Assembly (NCBI GenBank): GCA_033442325.1 | Contig: JAWQFM010000034.1 | Span: 291,780-325,548, forward strand | Source of the DNA: Salpingoeca rosetta | Lineage: Eukaryota; Protista; Choanoflagellata | DNA: 33,769 bases | Direction of reading: 5' to 3' | Shown: one piece after another, positions 15,932-29,797 of the stretch | Layout of the letters: each line of letters opens with the position of its first letter | Numbering within the stretch: the first letter of the stretch is position 1 | Notes under the pieces: generated by a model | The model's input: only the letters and a program-made list of their open reading frames with translations | The model's database searches: none | What the model was told of the DNA's origin: nothing | Program-made: the position numbers and the translations under genes

Positions 15932-18173
15932 AACCTTTTGCGTGCCTGCAGGCAAGCCATGGTGGTTGACTGCACGCCCCACACGCAGCTTGAAGTTGTG
16001 TCTCGCCTGTGCGTCGGTGCAGCCGCTTCTGGCGCGTGGATCTCGTTCAGAAACATCCACATGCTCGAGGTTCGCTGCATCGTGTGTGTATGCATGCATG
16101 TATCTGTGCATGTGTGTGTGTGTATCTGTGCATGTGTGTGTGTATCTGTGCATGTGCGTGTGCGTGTGTTCGGCGCTTCTTGTACCCATTCGGATCTCGG
16201 TGCTGCTTTCTTGATTTGTTCTGCTGCCATCCTCTCCCATACTCAAACTTGTACACGCGCACACGCACACGCACATGCTCCTCATGAACGGCACCAAACA
16301 GGACTCGTGTCTGGCGTTGATTTGCCAGCACATTACCAACATTCGGCGCAGTTTGCAACAGCAGCTGAAGACATACACGTGTCGTTCAAGCGCGCACATT
16401 CTGTCGCCAAACGTGTGCTTCTTCAGCCAAACACACGTGCACTTTGACCAAGACGTGTCGCTTCCCACCTCCTTCAGATCACTATTCAGGTGTGCGTATG
16501 TGTGTGTGCGTGTGTGCGCGTGTGTCTGTATCTGTGTGTGTGTGTGTGTGTCTGTGTGTGCGCGTGTGTGTGTGTGTCTGTGTGTCTGTGTGTGTGTGTC
16601 TGTGTGTGTTGGTAGCGAAAGACGAGGGGTGATCTGGTTTGAGGACTCCCGGGGAGCGCGAGTACACTCTGAGCAGTGTCATTCTGCCGTGCTTCCTCAT
16701 CCACAGCCTTTTTCAGCTTCCTTTTCTGCTTATTACTCGCACACATACACGCACGTATACACGTACGTGCGCGCCCACGCTCACACACGCGCAACACATG
16801 GCCATTCAACAGGAACGTGTCTGTCTCTGTGCCGGACGTGAGTGCCATCTCACAGGCGTCGCTCGGGCTGCTGTTTCCGCCGCACTTTGTGCCGACATTG
16901 TGGCAGTCCCTGCGTGCCATCCTTGACCTGGTCGCCAGCGCAACCGCCATCGCACCGCCTGCGCTGGAGACAGGAGGAGACGGCCCGACAGCTGCTGGGA
17001 ACAACACAGCAGACGCCACCAAAGACGCAACCACGTCAACTGGCCTCTCCACCAACAGCAGCAACAGCAGTGGCAGCAACGGCTCTCGGCAGCGGCCTGT
17101 TGCGCTGCTGCAGCTGAAGCTGGCGCAAGCCATCTGCAAGCTGTGTGCGGCGTGGGTTGTGCCTGGTGAGGAATCACTGCTGCCCACACGACGTGCCCTC
17201 GCTGCTCTCACGGGCTCGTCTGAACCCATCCACACGCACCACCACCACCACGTAAACCAGCAGCACCACCAGCAGCTTCATAACCACCAACACACGCACC
17301 ACCAATATCAGCAGCAGCAGCATCAGCAGCGCCAAGGGCCCGGTCGCCAGGGAACGGGGCGGGCGTCGCTCTCTGTCCCGCTCGACCGCAGCCCAACACG
17401 GCCCCAGTTCAAGAGCAGCAACAGCATTGGCGACGGTGGTGGTGCGCATCACACGCAACCCCACGCACACGCGCACAGTCACGCACACGCGCGCATGCAC
17501 AGCATGCAGAGTGTGGAATCGTCCTCCATCTCGCCGCCGCCAGCCGTCGCCGTGCAGTCGCAGCCGCGTACACGCGCGCACACACGCGCGACGCGCTCGA
17601 GCATTGCCGGCCTTCAACGGCGGGACAGCGTGCGCAACGTGCGGGCGTGGGACGGGGGCAGGCGGCGATCAAGCTCGTTCTTTGGCATGACTGGTGGGCA
17701 CCGCTCATCCGTCATGACAGCAACGGCTGCCCTCTCTATGGGAGAGGCATGCTACTTGCTGCGCGATGCCGCGTTTGTTGTTCTCATGAGCGAATTTGGC
17801 ATGGAAAGCAACCCGTCGGCACAGAGCCTGCTGTCAACCCTCCTCCACGCGTGTTTCGCTGGCGTCCTTCCCGACCCGTCGTCGCCGGCAGCGCTGACAC
17901 CGTCTCCGCCACCACCGCACTCCTCGGCGACACACGCGGGTGCAACGACGTCACCGACACCACACCTCGAAACCATTGCTGAGGGCGATGGAGACTCGAG
18001 CACTGACGTTGAAGCAGGTGTGATGGGTCAGAAAATCACGGGTGCACCCACCGCTACCGCCACCGTCACGACGACAACGACTGCCTCTGGAGAAACACAG
18101 CAGAAGACTGATGATGATGGTGTTGAACCGGCTGCCGACAGCAACGCGTCCACCCCAGACAGCGTGCAGTCGC

Positions 18174-18240
<67 letters not shown>

Positions 18241-21200
18241 CCAAAAGAAGAAGACGAAAAAATTGCTCAAGTGGCCACTGGCTGATAATGCGCACTATCG
18301 CTTCTTCCGCGCGCGGCTTGCATTCGCTGCGCGCCGGCTCGGTGTTGTGTGCAACGATGCTGTGACCGCCGCAGTGATGGCACTGGACGTGGCGGCGTCG
18401 TTGCACCAGTTTGTTGTAGTGACGGGTGACATCTGCTCCGGCAAGACAACCATCGTTAACCTGTGGAAGGCATACACGCGTCGCACCATCTCCCCACCGG
18501 TCATGATCTATCGCCGCGTGTTTGTGCACGCGCTCAGCAACAGCTCGCAGCCTTTCTTCACAACGGGCAGCACGGCTGGCCTGCCGAATGCATCGACAGC
18601 AGCGTCAAAGGCCAAGGGCGCGCGCATGTCGCAAGCAGCCGACGTGGCGGCAGCAGCAGCAGCAGCATCTGCACGTGCGGGCGGTAAAGGCGCACACGCA
18701 CACAATCGCCAGCGTGGCTCTGGTGGCGTGTTTGGCGGTATGGGGCCGGCGCAGCAGCAGCAGCAGCAGCAGCAGCAGCACGGGGTGCATAAACGCAGCG
18801 ACGATGCGAAGAAGGAGTCGGAAGACTTGCAAGGCGGCTTGACGAGCGGTGATGAGGCCGCCAGCCGCTCGGGCGTGAGCGATGCCGCTGTGCAGCTGTA
18901 TCTTCTTGCAGCAGCAATCGAGCGCGTCAAGGAGCAAACGGAATCCGCAATGACGCAGCGCGAGGCACAAAAATTCATGCCAAGCGTGATGCTGAGCGCA
19001 GGCAGGCGCAGGAGCACAAACACGTCCGCACGCACTTCCACCCTTGACCTGCACGCCGCTCACAGCAACGATGGCAATGATGACGGTGACCGTGATGAGG
19101 GTGATGGTGATGGTGATGATGATGGTGATGATAATACGCCACCACGTCGATCAAGACGACGACGCGTGTCGTCCATTTCGTCGCCAGTATCCCTTTCGCC
19201 GTCGCCAGGGCGTGACGCTGACGGCGATGGTGGTGGTGGTGGTGGTGGTGGATCGCCCTCACGGTTGAGGCGTAACATGCTCGTGCGCCAGCGAACGGTT
19301 GTGGGAGAAGCGGGTGGGCACGATGGGCACGGTCACAAACACTCCGATGGAGCCGACAACACCGACGACGATGTTGAGGGAGATGGCGGTGGGGAAAGCA
19401 CCTTTGATACCGTGCTCGATGGGCTGCACATGACGTCTGATGATGATGACGACGACGACGACGACGACGACTTGGATGACGAGAACGAAGTTGCGAGTGT
19501 GTACATCGCAGACGTTGACGACACGCCACCAACAATAACGGGCGAAGGCGATGATGTGACCTCTTCTTCGGACAAGGAAGAGCCGCTTGTCATTTTGCAC
19601 GTGGACGTGCCCGATATGCAAGCCTGGCGTGAATTTCCGATTGTGGTGAGCGATGGGTTTGCGCAACTGCAGCTGCCGGACGGCCAGCGCGTTGACATCC
19701 CTGGATACATCAAGATTGTGCTGGAAGTGCCAGACTGTGGGTGCGGGGGTGAAGACGAAACCAGTGGCGATCAGGGTGGTGAAAGGGCAGGGGTTGTTGT
19801 TGTCAATCACAACAGCAGCGAGAGCCACAATGCGCGCGTTGGCGCTGGCGCTGCTGCTGCTACAGACACGAACACGAGTGTAGATGTAAACTCCGAGCGC
19901 ACTCGCGCCAACAACAACAACGATGACGACGACGACGGCAGCATGAAGATGGGACTGCCGCTGGCGTGGTCAACCCACCTGCCCATGACCGATGATCTTC
20001 CTCAGGTCACGGTGTCGCTGCATGTGCACACGTGGCTGAATGATCTGCTGTACATGATGCTCACGCGGAGTGTGCGCCACAGCAGCGTGTGCGTGCAAGC
20101 GGTGCGTGCCGAGCACACCATGCCGCGCGTGAACAGCTTCCAGCGCAGCGCCTCATTCGAAACGCACCCCCATCTCCGACACCATCATCCTCAGCATCCT
20201 CAGCATCCACAGCACCACCACCACCAACAACAACAACAACAACAACAACAGTCGCAGCAGCCGCAGCACCACCGCCGCCACCAATCACACAGCGACCACC
20301 CCGGCCATGCCCGCGACTCACAACGCTCTGCGCGACAGAACCGTCAGCAACAGCATCAACAGCAGCGGCACGCGCGCAACCGCAAGGCACCAACCATGAC
20401 GCCACGGCAGTATCTGAGCCAGATGTCGCTGCACTTGTTCAAGCAGTCACAGCCGCTGCTGCGAGCGCTGCTGGACGCGTTGGCGGCAACAACGGGGCGG
20501 CGCACGCTGAGGAACGACGAGTGTATGCACATCACCATGTCTGTCTGTGCCATCACCATGGCGTACGTGAGCAAACTAATTGAGATGGGCGTGCTCAATG
20601 TGGCAGCGCCGGCTGCGACCTGCTCCGTCCTGTATGCGCGCATCGCCCTGTTTGCGTGCCTGTGGTCCGTTGATGCGCTCTCGTTTGAGCGCGCCGTGTC
20701 CAGCGAGCACGTGCGCCGCCTGCGCCACGCGTACCAGGCCGCCGTGGAGAAGGTGGTGGCCAAGCGAAGGCTGGCCGGTGTGACGGAGAACGACATCAGC
20801 GCGGGCGTGTTTGACATGTATTTGGACGCCACGTCGGGGCTGCTTCGCCCGTGGCACACCAACACGCTGCAGGTGGTGGAAGGTGTGGTGGTGACCGGGG
20901 ACTTTATGCGGGCGCATCTCCTGTCCACGCTGCTCGCCGACGACGACGCCTCGCTCGTCCTTGTTGGAGAGCAGGGCACGGGCAAGTCGACACTCCTGGC
21001 GTCACTGGCCCAGCTGGCACTCGCGCGCCGCGTGCACGATGAGGCGGAGGATGAGCTTGCGGGCACGGGCACGGCGGGGCCTGGCAGCGTGGTTGGCGAC
21101 GGCGGTGACTCAGCAGCGGTTCCAGCGGCGTCCGCCTCCGCCTCGGTCATCACTTCACCTTCCGGATTGGGAAGGCCGCGCCGTGCTGCGTCGACACGCA

Positions 21201-24200
21201 GCGAACGAGCCAGCGTGACGTCACCGGCCAAGACGGCATCATCTACACGCATGACGTCTCCAGCAAACGCACGTGCATCACGACTGGGCAGCGCGGGGCG
21301 GGCAGCGTCTGCGGCAACAGCTGGCGATGCGTCCACAACGACCGGCGGTGGCAACGCGGTGAACCAAGGCGCGCGCAACAAGCAGGTGGCCGTGCTGAGC
21401 CAGGCGGTCACGCTTGGGGAGCTTGAGCTGTGCCTGCGCCGTGGACCCGACGGCGAATCGCGTGTGCGGCGCGCGCCGAGCGAGCCAACACACCACTGGC
21501 TACACCGGGTCATTTCGCAGGACATGGTGACGTCGTTCAACGACCTCACGCCGCGGCCGCAACAGCGGTTTGTCACGTTCTACGTGGATGACATTGCATG
21601 GAGCGGCCACAGCACCGCCCAGCAGCGGGCCCGGCTATTGCAGGCGGAGATGATGGACGAGAAGGAGCAGCAACAGCATTCACAACAGCCACAGCAATCG
21701 CAGCAGCGGCCACGACAGTCACCGTCACAGCAGCAGCAGCAGCAGCATGTGGCATCGCCTGCCCAGATGACGCAACAGTCGCAGCAGGAGCTGCTGTGGG
21801 AGGCGATTCGCCAGATATTCGAGACGCGCCGCGTGCTCACACCAGACATGACCATGGCCACCTTACGCAAGACAGACTTTGTCTGCGTGGCGGATGCGGA
21901 CGTTGTGCGGGAGAGCGTGCAGTTCCGCCGCGTGTGTCGCCGTGCCGTGTGCGTGTGCTTGGCGCCACTGACACACGACCAGCTCAGCAGTCTTCTGCAG
22001 CACCATCTCCACGCTGCCCTGCGCAAGGAGAAGCACTTGCAGCTGCTTCAACAGAGCGCACTCGGCACAGGTCCCGTTGCCGCGACTGTTGCTGGTGGCG
22101 GTGTTATTCACCACCACACACAGGCATCAACTGCTGCAGCAGGGTCGCGTGCCACGAGCCCGCGCAGCGCCAAGCAGGCGGGCATGCACGTGCGCTTTGG
22201 AGGACAGAGTGTCGTTGTCTCAGATGCAACAACGGCAACAGGTGGAGACGAGGGCGCCGATGGTGGCGCTGGTGCTGATGACAGCGGCGGTGATCGGGAC
22301 CCAGCCGTGCAGAAACAACAGGAAGTGCAGGACACGGTCGTGTGCCTGTTGTGCGACATTGCAGTCACATTGCATCATCTCCAAGCTCGCGTGACGGTGC
22401 ATGATATTGTTCGTCCGGACACCAGTCGCCTCGTGCAGATGACAACGCTCAACACCGCGTCCACCAGCTACCGCCACCTGCTTGCATTCGTCCCTTCACT
22501 TCTTGAGGTGTGTGTGTGTGTGTATGTGTATGTGTGTGTGCGTGTGTATGTATTGTGTGTATGTGTGCTGTGCGTGTGTGTGTGTGTGTGCTCATATCTC
22601 GCCGAACACACGTATACATGCGTACACGTCTTGTCTTGCGTTTTCCTTGCGTTTGCTGTCCTCACGCCTGCGTCGTCCACTCTCACAAATTCACCATCCT
22701 CCAACCCCGCTCCAATCCCCCCCCCCCCTCTCCGCCTTGGGAACTCGTTGTACTGCGCAGGTTGCACTTGAGTTCAGCCGAACGGGCCACGTGGACACCG
22801 CTGTCCTGTATTCGGAGCTGTGGGCCCACTTTGGCACTACCATCTGCCGCAACCTCTTCCACACTGCACTCGGGAACACCAACGCTGCATCGTCATCGTC
22901 CTCCTCCTCCTCCTCCTCCTCATATCCGTCAGCACCATCCGATCGTCGGAGCAGCAGCAGCAGCAGTAGCAGCAGTGCCCGCGGTGGCCTGCGACCTGCG
23001 CTCCTTCGCACTGATACGCTTGGCAGCAACGCGAGCGGTGTTGACAGCCTCGCTGATGATTACGAGCAGAGCAGCAGCGGTGGCGGCAGTGGTGGTGACG
23101 GTGTGGCGTCAACGACACGTTGGTCGCTTGCGCTACCGCAGACGCTTGCCAGCAAGAAGGCGCAGCAGCTGCGGGCAAAGCTTGAGGTGTCCGTGTTCCG
23201 CCTGATTCGGCGAGTGGTTGAGACATCGACCAAGCACATGGCCGGCAACGCCCCCCTAGCAGCCGCACTCTCAGCATCGACTGGTAGTGGCACACCGGGC
23301 GCCGCACTAGCAGCAGCATCGTCGCCGCTGTCCACCGCTCCGAAACATCAGCACCAACAACATCAGCACCAGCGGGTGGTGTCTGAGGGCCCGCGCACGC
23401 GGATGCTGAACAGCGGGGTGGAGGTGTTCTACTGCAAATTGCCGGCGGGGCAGCAGCAGTCTGGCCTTCGCCTTCATCTCGGGTCGTTGTCCATGTTCAA
23501 GGAGAAGCAGCTTGCGCGCATGCTGCACCGGTCGTCGCACGGCCACCACCGCAGCCTGCTCAAGCGCCAGACGCTTGCCGACATGCGTGTACTGGCCATG
23601 GATATGCAGTCCAACGCAAGGCTGTCCGTCGGGTCTGCGCGTGGCGGGAGTGGCAAGATACAGCACAACCGCCACCTGCTGACGCTGTTCCCAGAGGCGA
23701 TGAGGACGGCAACGGCGCTGCTGCGGTGCCACGTTCTTGGCCACCGCCACACGCTCGTCGTCGGACCAGCCGGCATCGGTAAGTTTGTTTGTTTCTTTCT
23801 TTGCTTGTTTGTTTGGTTGTTTGGTTGTGTCTTTGTTTGTTTATTTGCTTGTGTTGAGTGTGTGACGATCTTGCCGTGTTTTGAGCTTCCACACGTTTCC
23901 ATCTGCTGTACCTTTTTCACTCACATCTTCATGTTCACACACATTCACACAATCGCGCAATCGCAATCGCAATCACGCAGGCCGCACGACGCTTGCTCGG
24001 CTGTCTGCTGCCATGTACAACTTGCCGTTCTTCTCCGTGGCGACAGGCGGCACCCTCAGCAGCAACGAGACGCGCACCAGCGCTAGTGCAGGCGCCCGCC
24101 GCCAGCACGGACGCGACGGCGACTATGGCAACAACGGCACAGGGGCTGCAGCGCAGGACTTGTCACACGGCTCGCCCACACTGCTGTCAGACATGTCGCG

Positions 24201-27200
24201 TCTTGAGGAGACGCTGGTGGCGATGGCCGCCATTCTCGCGCGCTGCTGGCTGGCGCGCCACGACAAGGACGCAATGCCCGTGGATGCGGCCTCCGCGGAG
24301 CGCCATCCCATGCACGTCACGCGCGCACCAGCTGGCGTTGTTCTCTTTGTCGAATACGACGACCTTTTGCAGGTGTGTGATTCGGGCGCTTTGTTGTGTT
24401 GTTGGGGGCGGTTGTGCTGTGTGACTCGTGTGCGATGATGTGCTGCTGCCATCGTCATGTTGTGTGCTGGCAGCCACGTCGTGCACGTTCGCTTCTCTCT
24501 GTCTCTGTTGTTTGTTTCTCCCGTCATCCACACACTCACTCACCCACATCAAACTCTCGTCTATTCTATCCCCATCCAAATTTTACGGACACGCCCCTTG
24601 CATGCAACTGCTCCATGTGTTGACAGGACCGCGCACTGACGACGGTGACAACGCTTCTTCGTGGGGGTGATGTGTTTGATTGCGTGTGTGCCGCTGCACG
24701 CGCACGTGTGCTGCACGAGTTTGAGCAAGCCCTGCTCGCAGGCATGAACAGCCGCGGGGGCGACAAGCCCACCGCTGCTTCCCGCGCCAGCGCAAGCACG
24801 CCACCAGCCAGCGACGGCAACGGCAACGGCCCGAGCAACAGCCTCATCACCGTGACGGACACGTCGTCAACCGCGACGTCGCCAACGGGAGGAGCCGCAG
24901 CAACGACAGGAGGACGAATGACGTCCACGGACCACAGCGGCAGTGGCGGCGGCAGCGCGGCAACGCTTGGTATGCTGCCCACGTTGTTAGAGGACGCACG
25001 ACAGGCGTTCACGGGGATGGTGCGCGTCATCCTATCTGTCTCGGAACGCGATCTTGATTCGCTGCAGAGCGAACTGGAGGCGTGCAAGGCCGTGGATATG
25101 GTCAACACCGTGCACGCGTCCCCCTGGCCAACGTATGCGCTGGAGCGCGTGGTGCAGAAGGCGATTATGGACGATGAGCGAAAGCATGCCAGCACCGTCG
25201 TGGCCGAGCTTGTTGCAGAGGAGAAGAAGCAATTCGAGGAGTGGGACGAGGAGGATGAGGCTGCCAAGCGCAAGTCGCAGCAAGGCACAGCAGCAGCGGA
25301 GAACACGTCTGATGGCGGTGGTGTGGTTGACACGGTTGAGTCGCTTGCGTCATCGCGAGCTGCGAGTGCACGCACGCCCACCACCACGGGCCGCAGCGAC
25401 GCTGACGGGGACGCACGGCACCAAGATTTGCTTGCAGGCACGCGTGTTCTGGACTCGGCGCTCGCGGAGCAGCTCTCACGCACCATCATGACGATGGTAA
25501 TGCACTTCCTGGACACGTGCAGCAGCTGCGGGTTCCACGAGCTTGCCGGGATTTTTGAATCGCTGCAGACCATTTTTCTGAAGCGCGCGGCGCGGGAGTT
25601 TTGCGCTCTTCGACGCCAGAAAACGACCGAGTATCTTCTCACGCGCAGTCGCCTCAAACACGCGTGTGCATGCATCGAGCGGGTGAGCCCACCTTTGCTC
25701 TGTTTGTGTTTGTGTTTTGTGTTTGTGTTTGTGTTTGTGTTTGTGTGTCTGCGTGAAATTTGTGTGTTTGTGCTTCTGTTTGTGCCAATGCTGTAGCGCG
25801 TATGTGCGTTTTGTTTGCGGGTATGTGTTGTTTTGTTTGCGTCTGCAAAGACCACGTTGCTCATTCTCCCTCCATCGATGCCACACATGCTGTCCTGCAG
25901 GTGACAATCAAAGTGCAGAACATGGAGTACGACTTGCAGCAGGTAAAAAACGAAAAGCCATTGCTGTATGTCGCCCTTATGTCTCTTCCTTCGTCCCAAT
26001 GACCGATCTGCACCTCCACTTTCCAAACTGACACGCTAATACATTCCTAATCCCCAACACACACACACACACATTCACATTCACATTCACACACACATAC
26101 ATTCACACACACATACATTCACACAACACACACGCCAACCAGACGATTGTGCGGCTGGGCGAAGAAAAGAGGACCACGGATGCGGTGCGGGTGCAGCTGA
26201 GCGACCAGTATGAACTGCTACAGGGCCAGCTCTCCGTCCTGCAGTCCGAGCAGGCGCGGGCGAAGGCCGTGTCCAGCGAGTACAAGGCCGCCGTGGCCGT
26301 GGCCGACAAGCAGCTGTCTACCGCCACCCAGCAGCTGCGTGATCTCGAGCCCGCCATCAGTCAGATCACAAAGCCGCGCCTTGCCGAGATCCGCATGTAC
26401 CAGCGGCCGCCCAAGCCCGTCATGGCGCTCGCCAACGCCATCTGCCTCATGTTCCGCAAACCCATGGAGTGGTCCAGTGCACGCACGCTCTTCGCCGACG
26501 CGGACTTTGTCAAGAACGTGCTGGAGTATAAGCGGGACGGCGTGTCGGAGCGCCTGGCCATGCGCCTGCACGACCATACGCAGAGCCCAGACTTCTCGCT
26601 GGAGGTGATGCGGAACGTGAGCATGGCGTGCGAGACGCTGTGCGCGTGGGTGCTGGCTGTCGACCGCTACTGCCAGACGCGCATCAAGCTCAGGCCGCAG
26701 CGGGTCAAGGCGGAGAAGCTGCACGCAAAGCTCAAAGAGCAGCAAGCGGTGGTGGCCAAGGTGCAGGCGGAGGTGGACGTGTGCAAGGCGCGCTGTGCCG
26801 ATGTGCAGGCCAAACTCAGCAAGCACGAGCACGTCATCCAGCAGCTGGAGCAATCGGAGGCCGACACCAAGGCGCTGCTGCAGCACGCCAAGCACCTGCT
26901 CACGCTGCTGGCCCGCGCGCAGGAGTCGTGGCTCTCCCAGTCGCAGGACGTGGACAACAAGCTGCGCTTCCTGGACGCCGACTGCCTGCTTGCCGGCCTG
27001 ACGCAGGTGTGCCTGCCAGAGTGCCCGCCCGAGGTGCGAACGGCCGTGTTCTCTCGGTGGGTGAGCGACCTCACGGAGGCGCGCTGGTATTCGCTGGAGG
27101 ACCCGACGCCAACACGCATCGAAGACATCCTCAGCACACACGACCAGCAAGAGACGTGGTGCCGGCTGGGGCTGCCGCGCGACGCGTACCTGCTGCAGGG

Positions 27201-29716
27201 GGCGGCGATGGCCTTTGCGTCGTCTGCGGACGTGCCGCTGGTGTATGACCCCGACGGCTACTTCCACGCGCTTATGGAGGCGGTGAGCCAGTTCTCGTCC
27301 CACACCACGCTCAGTGCAAACCACCCGGAGTTTCAGCTGCGCGCAACGCAGGCGCTGCTGGACGGGCGGGCGCTGATTGTGGTGGACGTGGAGGTGCCGC
27401 TGCAGCCGCAGGTGGTGGCGTTTGTGGAGCACATGGCGGAGGTGCAGGCGAAGCAGCGGCACGCGGCGGCGGCGCAGTCAACCACCATCATCCAGCAGAC
27501 CATCACCGCCAACAAGCGAAGGCGCGCACAGCGGCGTCGGAGCAGAGGTGACACCAACACCCGCAACGATGGCGACGGTGATGGTAATGCTGATGCTGAC
27601 GGTGATGGTGTTGAAGAGCAGCAGCAACAGCCAGGCGATCATGGAAACAGCGCGTCCAAGAAACAGCAACAGCAGCAGCAGCAGCAAGATGTTGAGGTGA
27701 ACACGTTCCTGATCACGCGGTCGCCGCTTCAGGAGCTGCAGCTGGCACCGCGCAAGCTTGTTCGCGCCATCCACTTCCAGGCGACGGCGGCAACCATTGA
27801 GCAGAAGGTGCTGCTGGCCGTGTTGAAGAACCAGGGCTCGGCCCTGTACACGCAGGAGGTCTCTGTGCGGGCGGACGTGGCGCGGCTGCACCGTGATCTG
27901 ACGGAGACGAACGAGAAGATGCTGCAGAGCATCATCGACATTGACATGGGCACGGTGCTGGAGGACGACGACCTCGTTGAGAGCCTGAACGAGTGCCACG
28001 ACCACACGCGCCAGCTGCAGGATGCCCTCAACCAGTGCGAGGTGAGCGAGCGCGCGCTGGTGCGGCAGCGGCAGGCGTACCAGCCGCTCTCGCAGCGCGG
28101 TGTGCAGATCTACCGGTGGATTGCGCAGCTGCAGCACATTGACGCCAACTACCTGTGGCCGCTGGGGACGTACCTGCGGCTGGTGCGGGAGGAGCTGGAA
28201 GCGGACACGGAGCAGCGGCGGGAGCAGCAGGAGCGCAGGGCTGAGGAAGAGAGGGCGGCAAAGGCAGCAGCGCAGATGGCTGCGGAGGAGGAGGAGGCAC
28301 AGAGGGCCGTCCACAACCATGGCGAGCACGATGGACATGATGAGCACACTGCTGGTGGCGATGGTGATGATGGTGAGAAGAGTGGTGTTGCTGGTGAGGG
28401 GTCGCGCCCTGTTTCAGGTCAGGCTCCGCCGCTTGGACCGAAGATTGCGGTGGAGGACCACACGCTGGACGGCAGCAGTCCCGGCAGTCGCAGCAGAGGT
28501 GTCCGCACAGACGGTGGTGGTGATCACGGTGACGGCCACAAGGCGGGATACGGCAATGATACCAAAGAAAGTGCTGATGCATCAGCAGCAGAAGCGGCAA
28601 CAGCAGGTGCCACTGCAGCCACTCACGCTGTAGGTGGTGGTGAACATGGGGACACATCGGCCTCACCCAAAAAGGAGCAGCAACAACAGCGAGAAGGTGG
28701 GCAGGACGCCGACGGTGAACCCGCTGCCAATCAGCGCCCGAGTCAAGATGCAAACCAACAACAAGAGCAACAGCAGCAGCAGCAGCACGAGCAGCAGCAG
28801 GACGAGTCACCCCCTGATGTGGCGCGTCAGGGCAGCGGGGTGGATGCCGAGCTGTCAGCGCGCATTGCAGACATTACGAAATCTGTGACTGGCATGATTG
28901 TGAACAAGGTCCTGCGGGGCGTGTCTGGAAAACACGTGGCAGCTGCCCTGTATTTGTTGGCGGATGTTCTGACGCAATCCACCGCGTCCTCTGCAAGCGC
29001 GAGCGCAGCGACGGCGGCCCTGCTTGTGGATGAGCTGTACGAGAGCGCGCTGGACGCCTGTGATGGCGGATTGCGTGCAGGCAAATCGGTTTGCCTCCCA
29101 TTTGACGTTGTGGCTTTTGTCAAGCGCAAGCGAGGCATCACCACAGCATCACCCGTCGGCGTTGGCAGTGGCGCCGATGTTGACAACAACAGCGACAGTG
29201 GCAGCGACAGCGATGATGACGATGGTGGTGGTTGTGGAGATGGTGATGGTGATGGTTCGAGCCGTGACGACGGTGCTGGTGATAAGAGCAGACGCAGCAG
29301 TGCGAGTAGTACAGCCACGACAAGCACCACGAGTACCAAGAGCAGCAGCGGTGCCAGCGATGGCGGCATTGCTGAGGCGTGGCAGGAAGTGCTGACGAGC
29401 GAGGAGCTTGCGGGCGTGATTGCGGCGGTGCAAGGGTCACGGAGTGCACGAAAGCAACAGCGGCGCAGCGCCAAGGGCGATGATGGGCGTGGTGGTGGTG
29501 GTGGCGATCGTGGTGTGAGCCCGGATGCTCAGCAGCCCCAGGCAGCTGGGAATGCGGGGACCATGATGAAACGTCTGCGGCGGCTGCCTGCAAGCACGAA
29601 AACACTGCTGGCTTGCCTGCATGCAGTGCTGCACAGCTCGCAGCCTGGCCTCATTCCTCATCTGACCGGCTGGCTCATCAACGCGCGTCGCGTCGCGGTC
29701 CCCAAGCAAGGCAGTG

Positions 29717-29797
<81 letters not shown>

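Noticed and set aside
26218-27462. Long antisense ORFs (414 aa here; also 20356-21576, 24566-26026, 29658-30647)
   Set aside because: They are shadows of GC-rich sense codons in the dynein exons and carry no recognisable motifs.
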